DNA from: an uncultured Gammaproteobacteria bacterium
GTDB taxonomy: Bacteria; Patescibacteriota; Microgenomatia; UBA12405
Assembly: GCA_964432085.1 (NCBI GenBank)
Contig: CAYSME010000003.1
Coordinates: forward strand, 1 to 35,626
Length of the DNA: 35,626 nt
Direction of reading: 5' to 3'
The position numbers and the translations under genes were made by a program. Shown piece by piece: positions 19,720-27,757 of this stretch (position 1 is the first letter of the stretch; each line of letters opens with the position of its first letter). A model generated the notes under the pieces. It had not been told where the DNA came from, ran no database searches, and saw only the letters and a program-made list of their open reading frames with translations.

Positions 19720-20380
19720 ATTTTTCCAAAACCTCTTTTAAATCATCTGGTAAATCTATTTTAAATTCTATTTCATTACCATTAATCGGATGTTTTAAAA
19801 CTATTTCATAAGCGTGCAAAAATGGTCTTTTTAAACCCTCAATCGTTTCTCCTCCATAAACTTTATCGCCCACCAAAGGCCACCTTAAATGATTAAAATG
19901 AACCCTAATTTGATGAGTTCTGCCAGTTTTCAAATCTACCTTTAACAAACTATAGATTTTTCCATCTTTTCTATACTTTTTAATCAGTTTAAATTTTGTC
20001 AAAGCCATTTTCCCTTCTTCATCCACTCCGAACCTGGCAAAAATATATTTTGATCTGGCAATTGGCATATCTATGCTTCCTTCAAAAGAAACATCACCTC
20101 CCACTAAACAATAGTATTTTTTAGTCAATGTTCTTTCTTTAAATTGCCTTTTTAAATCCAATAAAGCCTCTTTTGTTTTAGCCACCACCACTAGTCCCGA
20201 AGTTCCCTTATCCAGCCGGTGAATTATCCCATTTCTTAGTAAATCGTTTGGTTTATTTTTCCGCAAAAAATCCTCCAATGTTCCCTCTTCTCCTTTTCTT
20301 TCTTTGGTTGTTGTCATTAATGGCGGCTTTGACACTACCATCATATATTTATCTTCAAAAATTATTTTGACCTTTTCCAT
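19706..20380 (-). CDS. rluD: RluA-family pseudouridine synthase (RluD-like, lacking an S4 domain)
   Basis: HRLDKGTSGLVVVAKT catalytic motif, GRTHQIRVH, and the conserved lspA-rluD adjacency. Confidence 0.85.
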   Translation of the reverse strand: MEKVKIIFEDKYMMVVSKPPLMTTTKERKGEEGTLEDFLRKNKPNDLLRNGIIHRLDKGTSGLVVVAKTKEALLDLKRQFKERTLTKKYYCLVGGDVSFEGSIDMPIARSKYIFARFGVDEEGKMALTKFKLIKKYRKDGKIYSLLKVDLKTGRTHQIRVHFNHLRWPLVGDKVYGGETIEGLKRPFLHAYEIVLKHPINGNEIEFKIDLPDDLKEVLEKYEEY

Positions 20381-20649
20381 ATTAAATCAATTAAACAAAT
20401 TAAAACTCCAAAACCTATTAACCAATCATTAATATTATTATAAAGCCCAGTTCCCAAAAAATTCCAATAATCATGAACATATCCAAAAATAATCCTCTCT
20501 ATTAAATTTAAAAATCCGCCAATAAAAATTAACCAATAACCCCGCCCTTTTTTAATTGCTAAAACCAAAAACAAAACCACAAAAATCACACCCAAAATCA
20601 CAAAAAATATCCCATTAATTCCAAAACTTATTCCATAGTTTCTAATCAT
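20362..20649 (-). CDS. lspA: Short signal peptidase II-like protein (95 aa)
   Basis: RNYGISFG, GGFLNLIER and NNINDW align with LspA NYGAAF, GGALGNLFDR and FNLAD. The N-terminal ~55 residues are absent. Confidence 0.55.
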   Translation of the reverse strand: MIRNYGISFGINGIFFVILGVIFVVLFLVLAIKKGRGYWLIFIGGFLNLIERIIFGYVHDYWNFLGTGLYNNINDWLIGFGVLICLIDLIWKRSK

Positions 20650-21022
20650 TTTCCCTACTGCACTTAATACAAGTAGTGGCTTCCGGCCTTACTGCCAATC
20701 TATCAGTATCAATCATCTTTCCACACTTTTCACAAATTCCATACTTACCTATCTTCATCCTGGTCAACGCTGTTCTAAATTGAGCAATTTGTTTACTTAA
20801 AAATTTGGTCTTAACTTCATTATCAAAATGTCCAATCTGTTCATCTACATCTTCTTCCAAAGAATTTTCTCTGGTTCTGTTCTCATCCATAAACGGATCC
20901 TCTTTTTTAAGTTGCTTTTTCCTTCTTTTTAAAGTAACCAATTCCCTTTCCAAAAACAATTTAATCGGCAACAACAACCGACTAGGGAAACTTAAGTTTT
21001 CTTTATTTTTTTCTTCCTTCAT
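20642..21022 (-). CDS. DksA/TraR-family C4 zinc-finger protein
   Basis: CEKCGKMIDTDRLAVRPEATTCIKC at the C-terminus, preceded by a coiled-coil region. Confidence 0.7.
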   Translation of the reverse strand: MKEEKNKENLSFPSRLLLPIKLFLERELVTLKRRKKQLKKEDPFMDENRTRENSLEEDVDEQIGHFDNEVKTKFLSKQIAQFRTALTRMKIGKYGICEKCGKMIDTDRLAVRPEATTCIKCSREND

Positions 21023-21656
21023 ATATATCTCCTAAGATACACAATTCTATTATAGAAAGCAAACTAATAACCCAATATAAAATCGAAAAAATTAACCTAA
21101 CTTTAAGATAAAGACCTAAAAAACCAAGCAGTAAAAAAGATAAAAACATTGTAATTAAAAAGGCAAAACCTTTTTTGCCACTTTTATACCAAGTCAAAGA
21201 TCTGTATTTATTTTTTGCCAGTTTAACCAAAAACAACATCAAAACAATAAATAACAAATACATACCAATCTTAAGGTCTAATCTTGTCCTTATAAACTCA
21301 TCCGATAATAAAAAGACCATTAATATTAAGTTGTTAACTAATCCATCTTCTAAAAAAGGAATAATTTTCCAACTATTCATTCTAGAAAAAACTGCACCAA
21401 TTATTAATAAAACCAAAAATCCACCAACATAATCCATTCCTGGTTTATTCCACACCGAAAACCAACTAGTCCAATTATCATTCCAAATGCCAAAATTAAC
21501 CAATCCATAGATTACTCTTCCCCCCACAAAAAAACTCAACAAAGCTAACCAAGAATAAATTACTATTTTATTTTCTTCATAATTTTCCCTCAAATTTCTC
21601 CAAGTCAAATAAACAAAAAATATTATTCCCAAAACTCTAATAATTCCTAGAATCAT
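21003..21656 (-). CDS. Lgt-like (prolipoprotein diacylglyceryl transferase family) membrane protein, divergent
   Basis: FVGGRVIYGL and WNKPGMDYVGGFLVLLIG resemble Lgt GGRLGY and W.GGM..HGG..G. The GRxGNFxNxE signature is not recognisable. Confidence 0.4.
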   Translation of the reverse strand: MILGIIRVLGIIFFVYLTWRNLRENYEENKIVIYSWLALLSFFVGGRVIYGLVNFGIWNDNWTSWFSVWNKPGMDYVGGFLVLLIIGAVFSRMNSWKIIPFLEDGLVNNLILMVFLLSDEFIRTRLDLKIGMYLLFIVLMLFLVKLAKNKYRSLTWYKSGKKGFAFLITMFLSFLLLGFLGLYLKVRLIFSILYWVISLLSIIELCILGDIYEGRKK

Positions 21657-21681
21657 ACCCTATTTTACCATTTTCAAGTTG

Positions 21682-21765
21682 TGCCGAAAGAGGGAATCGA
21701 ACCCCCATGGTGTTGCCACCACACGATTTTGAGTCGTGCGCGTCTGCCAGTTCCGCCATTTCGGC
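21682..21765 (-). tRNA. tRNA-Leu (anticodon CAA), long variable arm, CCA not encoded
   Basis: The reverse complement folds as acceptor GCCGAAA/TTTCGGC, anticodon arm CACGA-CTCAAAA-TCGTG, long extra arm, and T-arm GGGGG-TTCGATT-CCCTC. Confidence 0.85.
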
Positions 21766-21796
21766 TAAAAGTAAACTTATTATCTCACAACCAAAG

Positions 21797-22390
21797 CTAT
21801 TTATAAAACTTATCTTTTCCCCAATTTATAACATTGTTTTGAATATAATTTTTGATTATTAATAATTGTTCTTTATCTTTTATGATTTCATCATGAAAAC
21901 GGGGTTGCCAAGCGAAAAATAAATTATTTTGATTACAAATACGTTTTATTGATGATTTAAATTGATTTATTAATTTGGGAATTTCTTGTTTGGATTTAAT
22001 GTTTATCGTTTTAAAAAAATCTGGATGGTTTTTGTGTAAATGTATAACAACTGATTTTATTTTATTTTCATGTAGAGACGCCCCGCTGGGCGTCTCTACA
22101 GGGGTGCCAAATAATTGAATTAATAAATGTATATGGTTTGGCATTATTACGTATTTATGTAATTTAATATTTTTTCGTATTTCAAATGTTTTTAATAATT
22201 CAGATTTAGTTATTATTCCCATTTTTGATAATTCCATTTTATTATTAATAATTTTTCCAAAGAAATTATTATGGTTATAAGTACAGATGGTAATAAAGTA
22301 ATACCCGGGAGTGGAATAATTCCAATTGGTTAAACGAGGTGAATTGGCGCGATATTTATCAGAAAATTTATTATTAAAAACGTCATCCAC
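21797..22390 (-). CDS. IS200/IS605-superfamily Y1 (HUH) transposase-like protein, RAYT type
   Basis: N-terminal YYFITICTYN, HUH motif MPNHIHLLIQ, C-terminal catalytic-Tyr helix IKNYIQNNVINW. GTG start. Confidence 0.75.
   Translation of the reverse strand: MDDVFNNKFSDKYRANSPRLTNWNYSTPGYYFITICTYNHNNFFGKIINNKMELSKMGIITKSELLKTFEIRKNIKLHKYVIMPNHIHLLIQLFGTPVETPSGASLHENKIKSVVIHLHKNHPDFFKTINIKSKQEIPKLINQFKSSIKRICNQNNLFFAWQPRFHDEIIKDKEQLLIIKNYIQNNVINWGKDKFYK
22071..22100. repeat. REP-like hairpin TGTAGAGACGCCC-cgct-GGGCGTCTCTACA embedded in frame in the RAYT-like ORF
   Basis: 13-bp stem. Its 28-nt core matches the extragenic palindrome at 29613..29640 at 27 of 28 positions. It encodes VETPSGASL. Confidence 0.7.
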
Positions 22391-22420
22391 ATTTTATTGT
22401 AACATTTCAAACAATCAATT

Positions 22421-23731
22421 TTATTGTTTCTTTTCCACATCAAAAAAGCTAACTTGTTTTCCATTGAAATATAAATTAAAACTGCCTGTTGGACCATTTC
22501 TATGTTTCTCCACACTACACGTCACCATTTCTCTAACCTCTTCGTCTTCTCTATATAAAAAGAACACCACATCAGCATCCTGTTCAATACTTCCCGATTC
22601 TCTTAAATCAGACAATCTTGGCCGACCTCCCCTCGCCTCCATAGCCCTGGATAATTGAGCCAATGCTAAAATCGGTACTTTTAATTCTCTGGCTAAATTT
22701 TTTAACCCTTGAGAAATTTCCGACACTTCTTGTACTCGATTATCTCGAGTACTCCCATGCATTAACTGCAAATAATCAACCACAATAAATTTGATTCCCT
22801 TGTCCACCTGAAGTCTTCTGGCTTTAGTTCTTAATTCTGTTACTGTTAATCCTGGAGTATCATCAATATAAAGTGGGGCTTCTGCTAAAACACCCATTGC
22901 TTCAGATAAACTGTCAAAATCATTAACCGACAACTGCCCTGTTTTTAATTTCCATGCATCAATTAATCCCTGTCTTACCAATAAACGATCAACTAACTCT
23001 TCTTTACTCATTTCCAATGAAAAATAACAAACTGGCAATTTCTTTTCTACAGCCACATATCTGGCAATATTCAATCCAAAAGCCGTTTTACCTATACCTG
23101 GTCTTGCTGCCAAAATTAATAAATTACTATCCTGCATTCCAGCCAAAACATTATCCAATCCATTAAAACCACTTGGAACTCCTCTTAATCCTGTTCCCAT
23201 TTTTTGCAGTTCATCTAATCTATCAAAGCTCGCCGTTAACACTTCTTTCAACGAAGTAGGCACTGTTTTTAAATGTTTCTGCGATAAAGAAAAAATTTCT
23301 TGTTCGGCTATATCCAATAATTGATCTGCCGGTAAAGTCGGATCAAAAGCCTTTTCTGTAATTCTTCCAGAAGCCGAGATTAATTCTCTTTTGGCTGATA
23401 ACGATTTAATAATATGTCCATAACTTTCCACGTTTGCTGCCGTCGGCACTTCACTTGCTAATCTGGTCAAAAAACCTTTACCTCCAATTTTTTTTAATAC
23501 ATTCAATTCCTTTAATTTCTCTGCCACGGTCACAATATCAATCGGCATTCTTTCTTCATAAAGCTTCATCATTGCCTCATAAATCTTGCCATAATTTGAA
23601 TTATAAAAATGTTCCGGTCTCAAAAATTCTGACACACTTAAAACCGCATCATTATCAATCAAAACTGATCCCAACACGCAAATTTCCGCTTCTTCCGAAC
23701 TGGGCGGTAATCGAATTGCATCTGTTGCCAT
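22421..23731 (-). CDS. dnaB: Replicative DNA helicase DnaB
   Basis: PPSSEEAEICVLGSVL N-terminal domain, Walker A ARPGIGKTAF, VVDYLQLM, ALAQLSR, RESGSIEQDADVV. Confidence 0.95.
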   Translation of the reverse strand: MATDAIRLPPSSEEAEICVLGSVLIDNDAVLSVSEFLRPEHFYNSNYGKIYEAMMKLYEERMPIDIVTVAEKLKELNVLKKIGGKGFLTRLASEVPTAANVESYGHIIKSLSAKRELISASGRITEKAFDPTLPADQLLDIAEQEIFSLSQKHLKTVPTSLKEVLTASFDRLDELQKMGTGLRGVPSGFNGLDNVLAGMQDSNLLILAARPGIGKTAFGLNIARYVAVEKKLPVCYFSLEMSKEELVDRLLVRQGLIDAWKLKTGQLSVNDFDSLSEAMGVLAEAPLYIDDTPGLTVTELRTKARRLQVDKGIKFIVVDYLQLMHGSTRDNRVQEVSEISQGLKNLARELKVPILALAQLSRAMEARGGRPRLSDLRESGSIEQDADVVFFLYREDEEVREMVTCSVEKHRNGPTGSFNLYFNGKQVSFFDVEKKQ

Positions 23732-23738
23732 AACCGTA

Positions 23739-24320
23739 TTATACCTTCTTTAGTACCTTCAATTCCATTCCATCTGGTAAATCATCTTTATCAACTTTCA
23801 AAGAATCCACTGGTTCCAACCCTTCCTGATCTGCCTGATCTAAAAATTTATCTAAACCAGAATCACCGTTATCATCATAACCTATTGGAATTAAATAATT
23901 CACTCCCCATTTTTTAGCCCAATCTAAAACTAATTTTGCACTTGAACTGTCTTTTATTAAAACTGGAGCCAGCAACACATCAGCCGAATCAATCTTTTCG
24001 ATTCTTTTATCACTCAAAGATTCATCTAAATCTCCTAAAACCACCACTTTAATCCCATCAATATAAATAACATAAAGAGTATTATCTCCACTTGCTGGAT
24101 ATCCATTTATTTCCACCCCTCCAACTTCATATTCACCCGGAGCTCGAATTAAAATTTTATCACCAGAAAAACCCATTCCGTCATATTTTTCTGATGTAAA
24201 CAGAAAAATTCTAGATGGATATTTATTGTCTTCTCGTCTATCTTCATTTGGATTAATCAAAATATTTTCTTTTTTACCTTTTAAATAAACTGAGTTTTTT
24301 TCTAAAAATTTTATTTCCAT
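23739..24320 (-). CDS. MBL-fold-like protein lacking the HxHxDH metal motif
   Basis: MEIKFLEKNSVYLKGKKENILINP resembles the start of UPF0173/Lactamase_B_2 proteins, but no His cluster follows. The start is placed at ATG 24320 (TAGAAT box upstream). The ORF track gives TTG at 24341. Confidence 0.4.
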   Translation of the reverse strand: MEIKFLEKNSVYLKGKKENILINPNEDRREDNKYPSRIFLFTSEKYDGMGFSGDKILIRAPGEYEVGGVEINGYPASGDNTLYVIYIDGIKVVVLGDLDESLSDKRIEKIDSADVLLAPVLIKDSSSAKLVLDWAKKWGVNYLIPIGYDDNGDSGLDKFLDQADQEGLEPVDSLKVDKDDLPDGMELKVLKKV

Positions 24321-24376
24321 ATGGCTTAATTCTATCACCAACTTCTGACTTTTTGTGATATCATCTATATTAATCC

Positions 24377-24823
24377 ATGATAAAAGAGTATCTTCTTACT
24401 ATTGTCCTCGGGACCATTTTTGGACTCGGTGTTACCGGAGCTTATTTTGCTCTTAATAAAAACAATAGTAACAACACTACTAATATTTCTCCAACCCCCA
24501 CTTCCACCGAAATGTCCACTAAAATCTCCATCACTCCAACAGTTTCTGCTACTCAAACATCTATAAAAATTACTTCTCCAGAAAATAACACTGTTATTTC
24601 ATCATCTAAAATCAACATTAAAGGCGATGCTAAACCCAACAGTCTTATTGTTATTTCCACACCATCTAAAACATTTAGCGATAAAAGTAATTTTAATGGC
24701 GTTTTTAATATCAGTGTTGAACTTGATGATGGTTTTAATTTAATAAAAATTAGCAGTATTGACCCGGATGATAATCAAGATCAAGCCGAGTTAGTTCTCA
24801 CTTATTCCACTGCTAAAATTTAA
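24377..24823 (+). CDS. Membrane-anchored surface protein with a Thr/Ser-rich linker and an Ig-like domain
   Basis: N-terminal TM, TTNISPTPTSTEMSTKISITPTVSATQTS linker, beta-rich C-terminal domain. Confidence 0.45.
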   Translation: MIKEYLLTIVLGTIFGLGVTGAYFALNKNNSNNTTNISPTPTSTEMSTKISITPTVSATQTSIKITSPENNTVISSSKINIKGDAKPNSLIVISTPSKTFSDKSNFNGVFNISVELDDGFNLIKISSIDPDDNQDQAELVLTYSTAKI

Positions 24824-24827
24824 TTTT

Positions 24828-25532
24828 ATGTCCTTATTTTTAATACTTTTCCTTTTTCTAATCCGTCCCACTAATTCCTTTGCTCAAAATACTACTGTTA
24901 CTCCAACTATAGATCCTAAAGCAGAAGAAATTAAAAAGATGAATGAAAAAATAGTTCAGGATATGCAAACTGAAACTAATACAGTTTCCACTACCACTCC
25001 AAAATCTGTTGTTGGTACTATCTCTCAAATTAAAGAAGACCAAATAATTGTTGATGATAATAATAAAAATAAAACCATCAACATCACCAGTGACACCGTT
25101 TATGTTGATGCTAAAAAAAATAAGACAAAATTAAGCAATCTTAAATCAGGACAAGTAATTTTATCTATGGGTTACTACAATGAAAGTGGTAATTTCACCG
25201 CCAAAAGAATTGTTGTTACCTCTTTAGAGGCTATTCAAAATAAAAACGAAATTATTTTTGGAACTATTGCTGATATTTCCCAAACTACCAATGTCTTAGT
25301 TTTAATTCCACTAAAAAACAAAAACACTCAATATCAAATTAAAACCGATTCTAAAACTGAAGTAGTTGATAAAAGCGGAAATAATCTAACTGTTAACAAA
25401 CTAAAATCTGGTCAAAAAGTTGTTGTTGTTATTCAACCAGACGCTAAAATTTCCAACACTTTCGACGTTTCTAAAATAATTACCATCGATTCCTCTCCTA
25501 TTTCTCCTACCCCAACTCCAAAAAATAAATAA
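24828..25532 (+). CDS. Secreted protein with two DUF5666-like beta domains
   Basis: Signal peptide ending SFAQN. The pattern G(T)I..I......(V)...T.V.D......L..LKSGQ.V occurs twice. Confidence 0.45.
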   Translation: MSLFLILFLFLIRPTNSFAQNTTVTPTIDPKAEEIKKMNEKIVQDMQTETNTVSTTTPKSVVGTISQIKEDQIIVDDNNKNKTINITSDTVYVDAKKNKTKLSNLKSGQVILSMGYYNESGNFTAKRIVVTSLEAIQNKNEIIFGTIADISQTTNVLVLIPLKNKNTQYQIKTDSKTEVVDKSGNNLTVNKLKSGQKVVVVIQPDAKISNTFDVSKIITIDSSPISPTPTPKNK

Positions 25533-25588
25533 TGTATAATTACAGTGTTTTTCGTCCTTCGCACGTTTAAATCATAATAAAAGAAAGG

Positions 25589-26596
25589 GTGTTTGCGTTG
25601 TTAAAATTTATTAAAAGTTTTTTGGTCCTCGTTCTCGTTTTTAGTTTTTTAATCCCACTTGCTAATGCCGAAGATCCAATCAAACCAACCTTTACTACCA
25701 CCGCTACTCCTTTTGGAAACAGCATCATCGTAAAAATTTCGGGGGCAGACATCGATCATGCTGCCATCATTTCCGATGATCAATCAAAATGGATTGGAAA
25801 TATGATCGGTTATGGTTCAAATTGGACCTATACCATCACCGATCTACAACCAGAAACTGTTTATAATTTTTTTGTAAAAGCCAGTTCAGTTAATAACGGC
25901 TCCAATAACAGTCCATTGGAAAATGTTACTTGGCAAAATGTCACTGTAACTACCCCAAAAATTAAAACCATCACATCTTTACCAAATTCAGGCATGATGT
26001 GCCTAACCTTTGACGATGGTTATGGTACATCTTATATTAAAACCATTCTTGATTGCCTTCGAGAAAATAACGTTCAATGTACTTTTTTTATTATTGGAAG
26101 TCAATTAAAAGCTAACCCTGATCTCTGGCAACAAGCCATTACCGATGGTAATGAAATTTGTTATCACAGCATGCTTCATGAAGATTTAACTTCGTATTCT
26201 AATCAAAAAATTTTAGATGACATCACTAAATGGAACGCTACTGCCAAAAAAGTATTAGGTGACGATTATATTATTCCCCCACTCGCCCGTCTTCCTGGAG
26301 GCAGTGGAAATAATTCTAAAAGAATTTTAGAATTATTCAACAGTATTGGTTATAATGTTATCGGTTGGAACAGTGATACCTATTACGATGTTATTAGAAA
26401 AGACTCCAAAGCCAGTCCACAAAAAATAGCCGATTATGTTATTAAGATGGCTTCTGTTGGTACTATAAGTCTTCAACATTTTAATAAATACGACGCACCA
26501 TCAGTTTCACTCTACATCGCCACTTTAAAAGAAAAATACTCCCTCGGAAAAATTTCTGACGCAATCACATTATCTTTTAACACCCTTCCAAGTTAA
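25589..26596 (+). CDS. Secreted polysaccharide deacetylase (NodB homology domain) with an N-terminal FN3-like domain
   Basis: Signal peptide. NodB motifs CLTFDDGYG and HSMLHEDL, plus LARLPGG. The start is GTG 25589 or TTG 25598, after AAGAAAGGG. Confidence 0.75.
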   Translation: MFALLKFIKSFLVLVLVFSFLIPLANAEDPIKPTFTTTATPFGNSIIVKISGADIDHAAIISDDQSKWIGNMIGYGSNWTYTITDLQPETVYNFFVKASSVNNGSNNSPLENVTWQNVTVTTPKIKTITSLPNSGMMCLTFDDGYGTSYIKTILDCLRENNVQCTFFIIGSQLKANPDLWQQAITDGNEICYHSMLHEDLTSYSNQKILDDITKWNATAKKVLGDDYIIPPLARLPGGSGNNSKRILELFNSIGYNVIGWNSDTYYDVIRKDSKASPQKIADYVIKMASVGTISLQHFNKYDAPSVSLYIATLKEKYSLGKISDAITLSFNTLPS

Positions 26597-26602
26597 AATT
26601 AA

Positions 26603-26658
26603 AAAGCACCGAATATATTGTTGTTTTACAACAGTAGACCTCGGTGCTTTATTTTTTT
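26603..26658 (+). terminator. Long-stem terminator of the deacetylase gene
   Basis: AAAGCACCGA ... TCGGTGCTTT (10 bp) with a small internal hairpin, followed by ATTTTTTT. Confidence 0.55.
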
Positions 26659-26675
26659 AAAAAAATCCCAAAGCT

Positions 26676-26684
26676 TGATATAAT
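26676..26684 (+). promoter_or_regulatory. Extended -10 promoter TGATATAAT for tRNA-His
   Basis: The TGnTATAAT box ends 16 nt upstream of the tRNA 5' end. Confidence 0.5.
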
Positions 26685-26700
26685 AACAAGCAATCAACCT

Positions 26701-26775
26701 GGTGGTATTAGCTCAATTGGTTAGAGCGCAGCTCTGTGAAAGCTGAGGTTGTCGGTTCAAGTCCGATATACCACC
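26701..26775 (+). tRNA. tRNA-His (anticodon GTG) with encoded G-1, CCA not encoded
   Basis: G-1, acceptor GTGGTAT/ATACCAC with C73, D-arm GCTC-AATTGGTTA-GAGC, anticodon arm CAGCT-CTGTGAA-AGCTG, T-arm GTCGG-TTCAAGT-CCGAT. Confidence 0.9.
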
Positions 26776-26784
26776 CTTAAAAAT

Positions 26785-26858
26785 TTAGCTCAATTGGTTA
26801 GAGCGGTCCGAAACTTCGGACAGGTTGAAATTGTTTATTCAAGTCCGATATACCACCC
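26785..26858 (+). pseudogene. Partial tRNA-His duplicate (D-arm and 3' end retained, 5' acceptor absent, anticodon arm replaced, T-stem broken)
   Basis: 26785..26805 is identical to 26708..26728 (21 nt). 26838..26858 is identical to 26756..26776 (21 nt). The middle is replaced by the hairpin GTCCGAAACTTCGGAC. Confidence 0.7.
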
Positions 26859-27564
26859 CAATCATCTGTACCACTTCTTTTTTTTCCTTAGGCCACAACA
26901 TTGATTCTGGACTTCCAAAAAAATTTTCATCCCTTTGCATAATCGGTTCCAAACAAAAATAATTGTTATCAAAAATCTTATTACCCGTTTCCTCCAAAAA
27001 CCCAGTCCACAATTTTGCATAATCAAACCCTATTAATTGCCAATTAATCAAAGGTTTTCCTGAAATATTCAACTTATTTAACGGCCTTAAATTAATAAAA
27101 TCATTTTGTTTTATTCCTAAACTTAAATCAAAATCATTCAACATTGTCCCCTCCCAACCCAAATCACTCGACCAATAATTATGAATTGCCACATTAACTG
27201 GTTTTTCAACCTCACCTTTATTTTCAACCACCACTTTCTGATTGAAATATTCTTCACCGTTAAAAGAAAAAAATTGATGTACATCTAATCCATCTTTCTC
27301 ACACTCTATATCTATTAAATTTTCTGTCTGCTGAACTAATTTCCATGACTCGTTTCTAAAAGGGCCATGAGGTGGCAGATTAAATTCTTTAACCCCTTCC
27401 ATATTAAAATTAGGAACACATATATGAGTATTACCTTTCTTACCGTCAATTCTTTCAAAACTTCCCAATATTAAAACTCCCCTATTTTTTAGACTCACAA
27501 TTCTCCCACCTTCCAAATCCACCTCCAATTCCCAATCTTTAGAATTTAATTGAATCGTACCCAT
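26839..27564 (-). CDS. Aldose 1-epimerase-family (glucose-6-phosphate 1-epimerase-like) protein
   Basis: GGRIVSL ... THICVPNFN ... PPHGPFRNESWKL resembles YeaD-like mutarotases. The last six codons and the TGA stop lie inside the tRNA-His-derived repeat. Confidence 0.5.
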   Translation of the reverse strand: MGTIQLNSKDWELEVDLEGGRIVSLKNRGVLILGSFERIDGKKGNTHICVPNFNMEGVKEFNLPPHGPFRNESWKLVQQTENLIDIECEKDGLDVHQFFSFNGEEYFNQKVVVENKGEVEKPVNVAIHNYWSSDLGWEGTMLNDFDLSLGIKQNDFINLRPLNKLNISGKPLINWQLIGFDYAKLWTGFLEETGNKIFDNNYFCLEPIMQRDENFFGSPESMLWPKEKKEVVQMIGVVYRT

Positions 27565-27588
27565 TAATTAAATTTTACTTTAAAACAA

Positions 27589-27609
27589 CGGTGGTGTAAA
27601 ATACCACTG
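27589..27609 (+). promoter_or_regulatory. Hairpin copying the tRNA-His acceptor stem, immediately 5' of the leader ATG
   Basis: CG-GUGGUGU-AAA-AUACCAC-UG. The inner 7 bp match the tRNA-His acceptor helix GUGGUAU/AUACCAC, with one A-U changed to G-U. A G occupies the -1 position. Confidence 0.5.
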
Positions 27610-27657
27610 ATGACTAAAACACGTTTAAGCAAAAACCATCATCACACTGACTTTTAA
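27610..27657 (+). CDS. Putative 15-aa leader peptide MTKTRLSKNHHHTDF
   Basis: ATG ... CAT CAT CAC ... TAA mini-ORF upstream of hisS. Its stop abuts the antiterminator 5' strand. No strong Shine-Dalgarno. Confidence 0.45.
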   Translation: MTKTRLSKNHHHTDF

Positions 27658-27686
27658 GTTGGTGGTTTTAGCGTGTCAAAATTAAT

Positions 27687-27708
27687 CCCGCCAACGAGCG
27701 GGTTTTTT
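27687..27708 (+). terminator. Intrinsic terminator in the hisS leader (attenuator)
   Basis: CCCGC-caacga-GCGGG followed by TTTTTT, about 50 nt upstream of the hisS ATG. Confidence 0.6.
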
Positions 27709-27757
27709 AGTATCAAATATCAACCCGGTCCTATTTCAATAAGGTCTTTTATTTTAA

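Noticed and set aside
22326-23733. Plus-strand ORFs 22326..22658, 22954..23166 and 23434..23733, and minus-strand ORF 22330..22515
   Set aside because: All overlap dnaB or the RAYT-like gene, which have clear catalytic motifs. Their sequences are low complexity.
27589-27708. Canonical T-box riboswitch upstream of hisS
   Set aside because: AAGUUGGUGGU resembles the T-box core AAUUAGGGUGGU, and CAC followed by A could be a specifier. However, the leader is only about 120 nt and I see no Stem I with AG bulge or distal platform. The UGGU bulge would also not match the C73 discriminator of the local tRNA-His. The leader-peptide attenuator explains more of the sequence. This is not fully excluded without a covariance-model scan.
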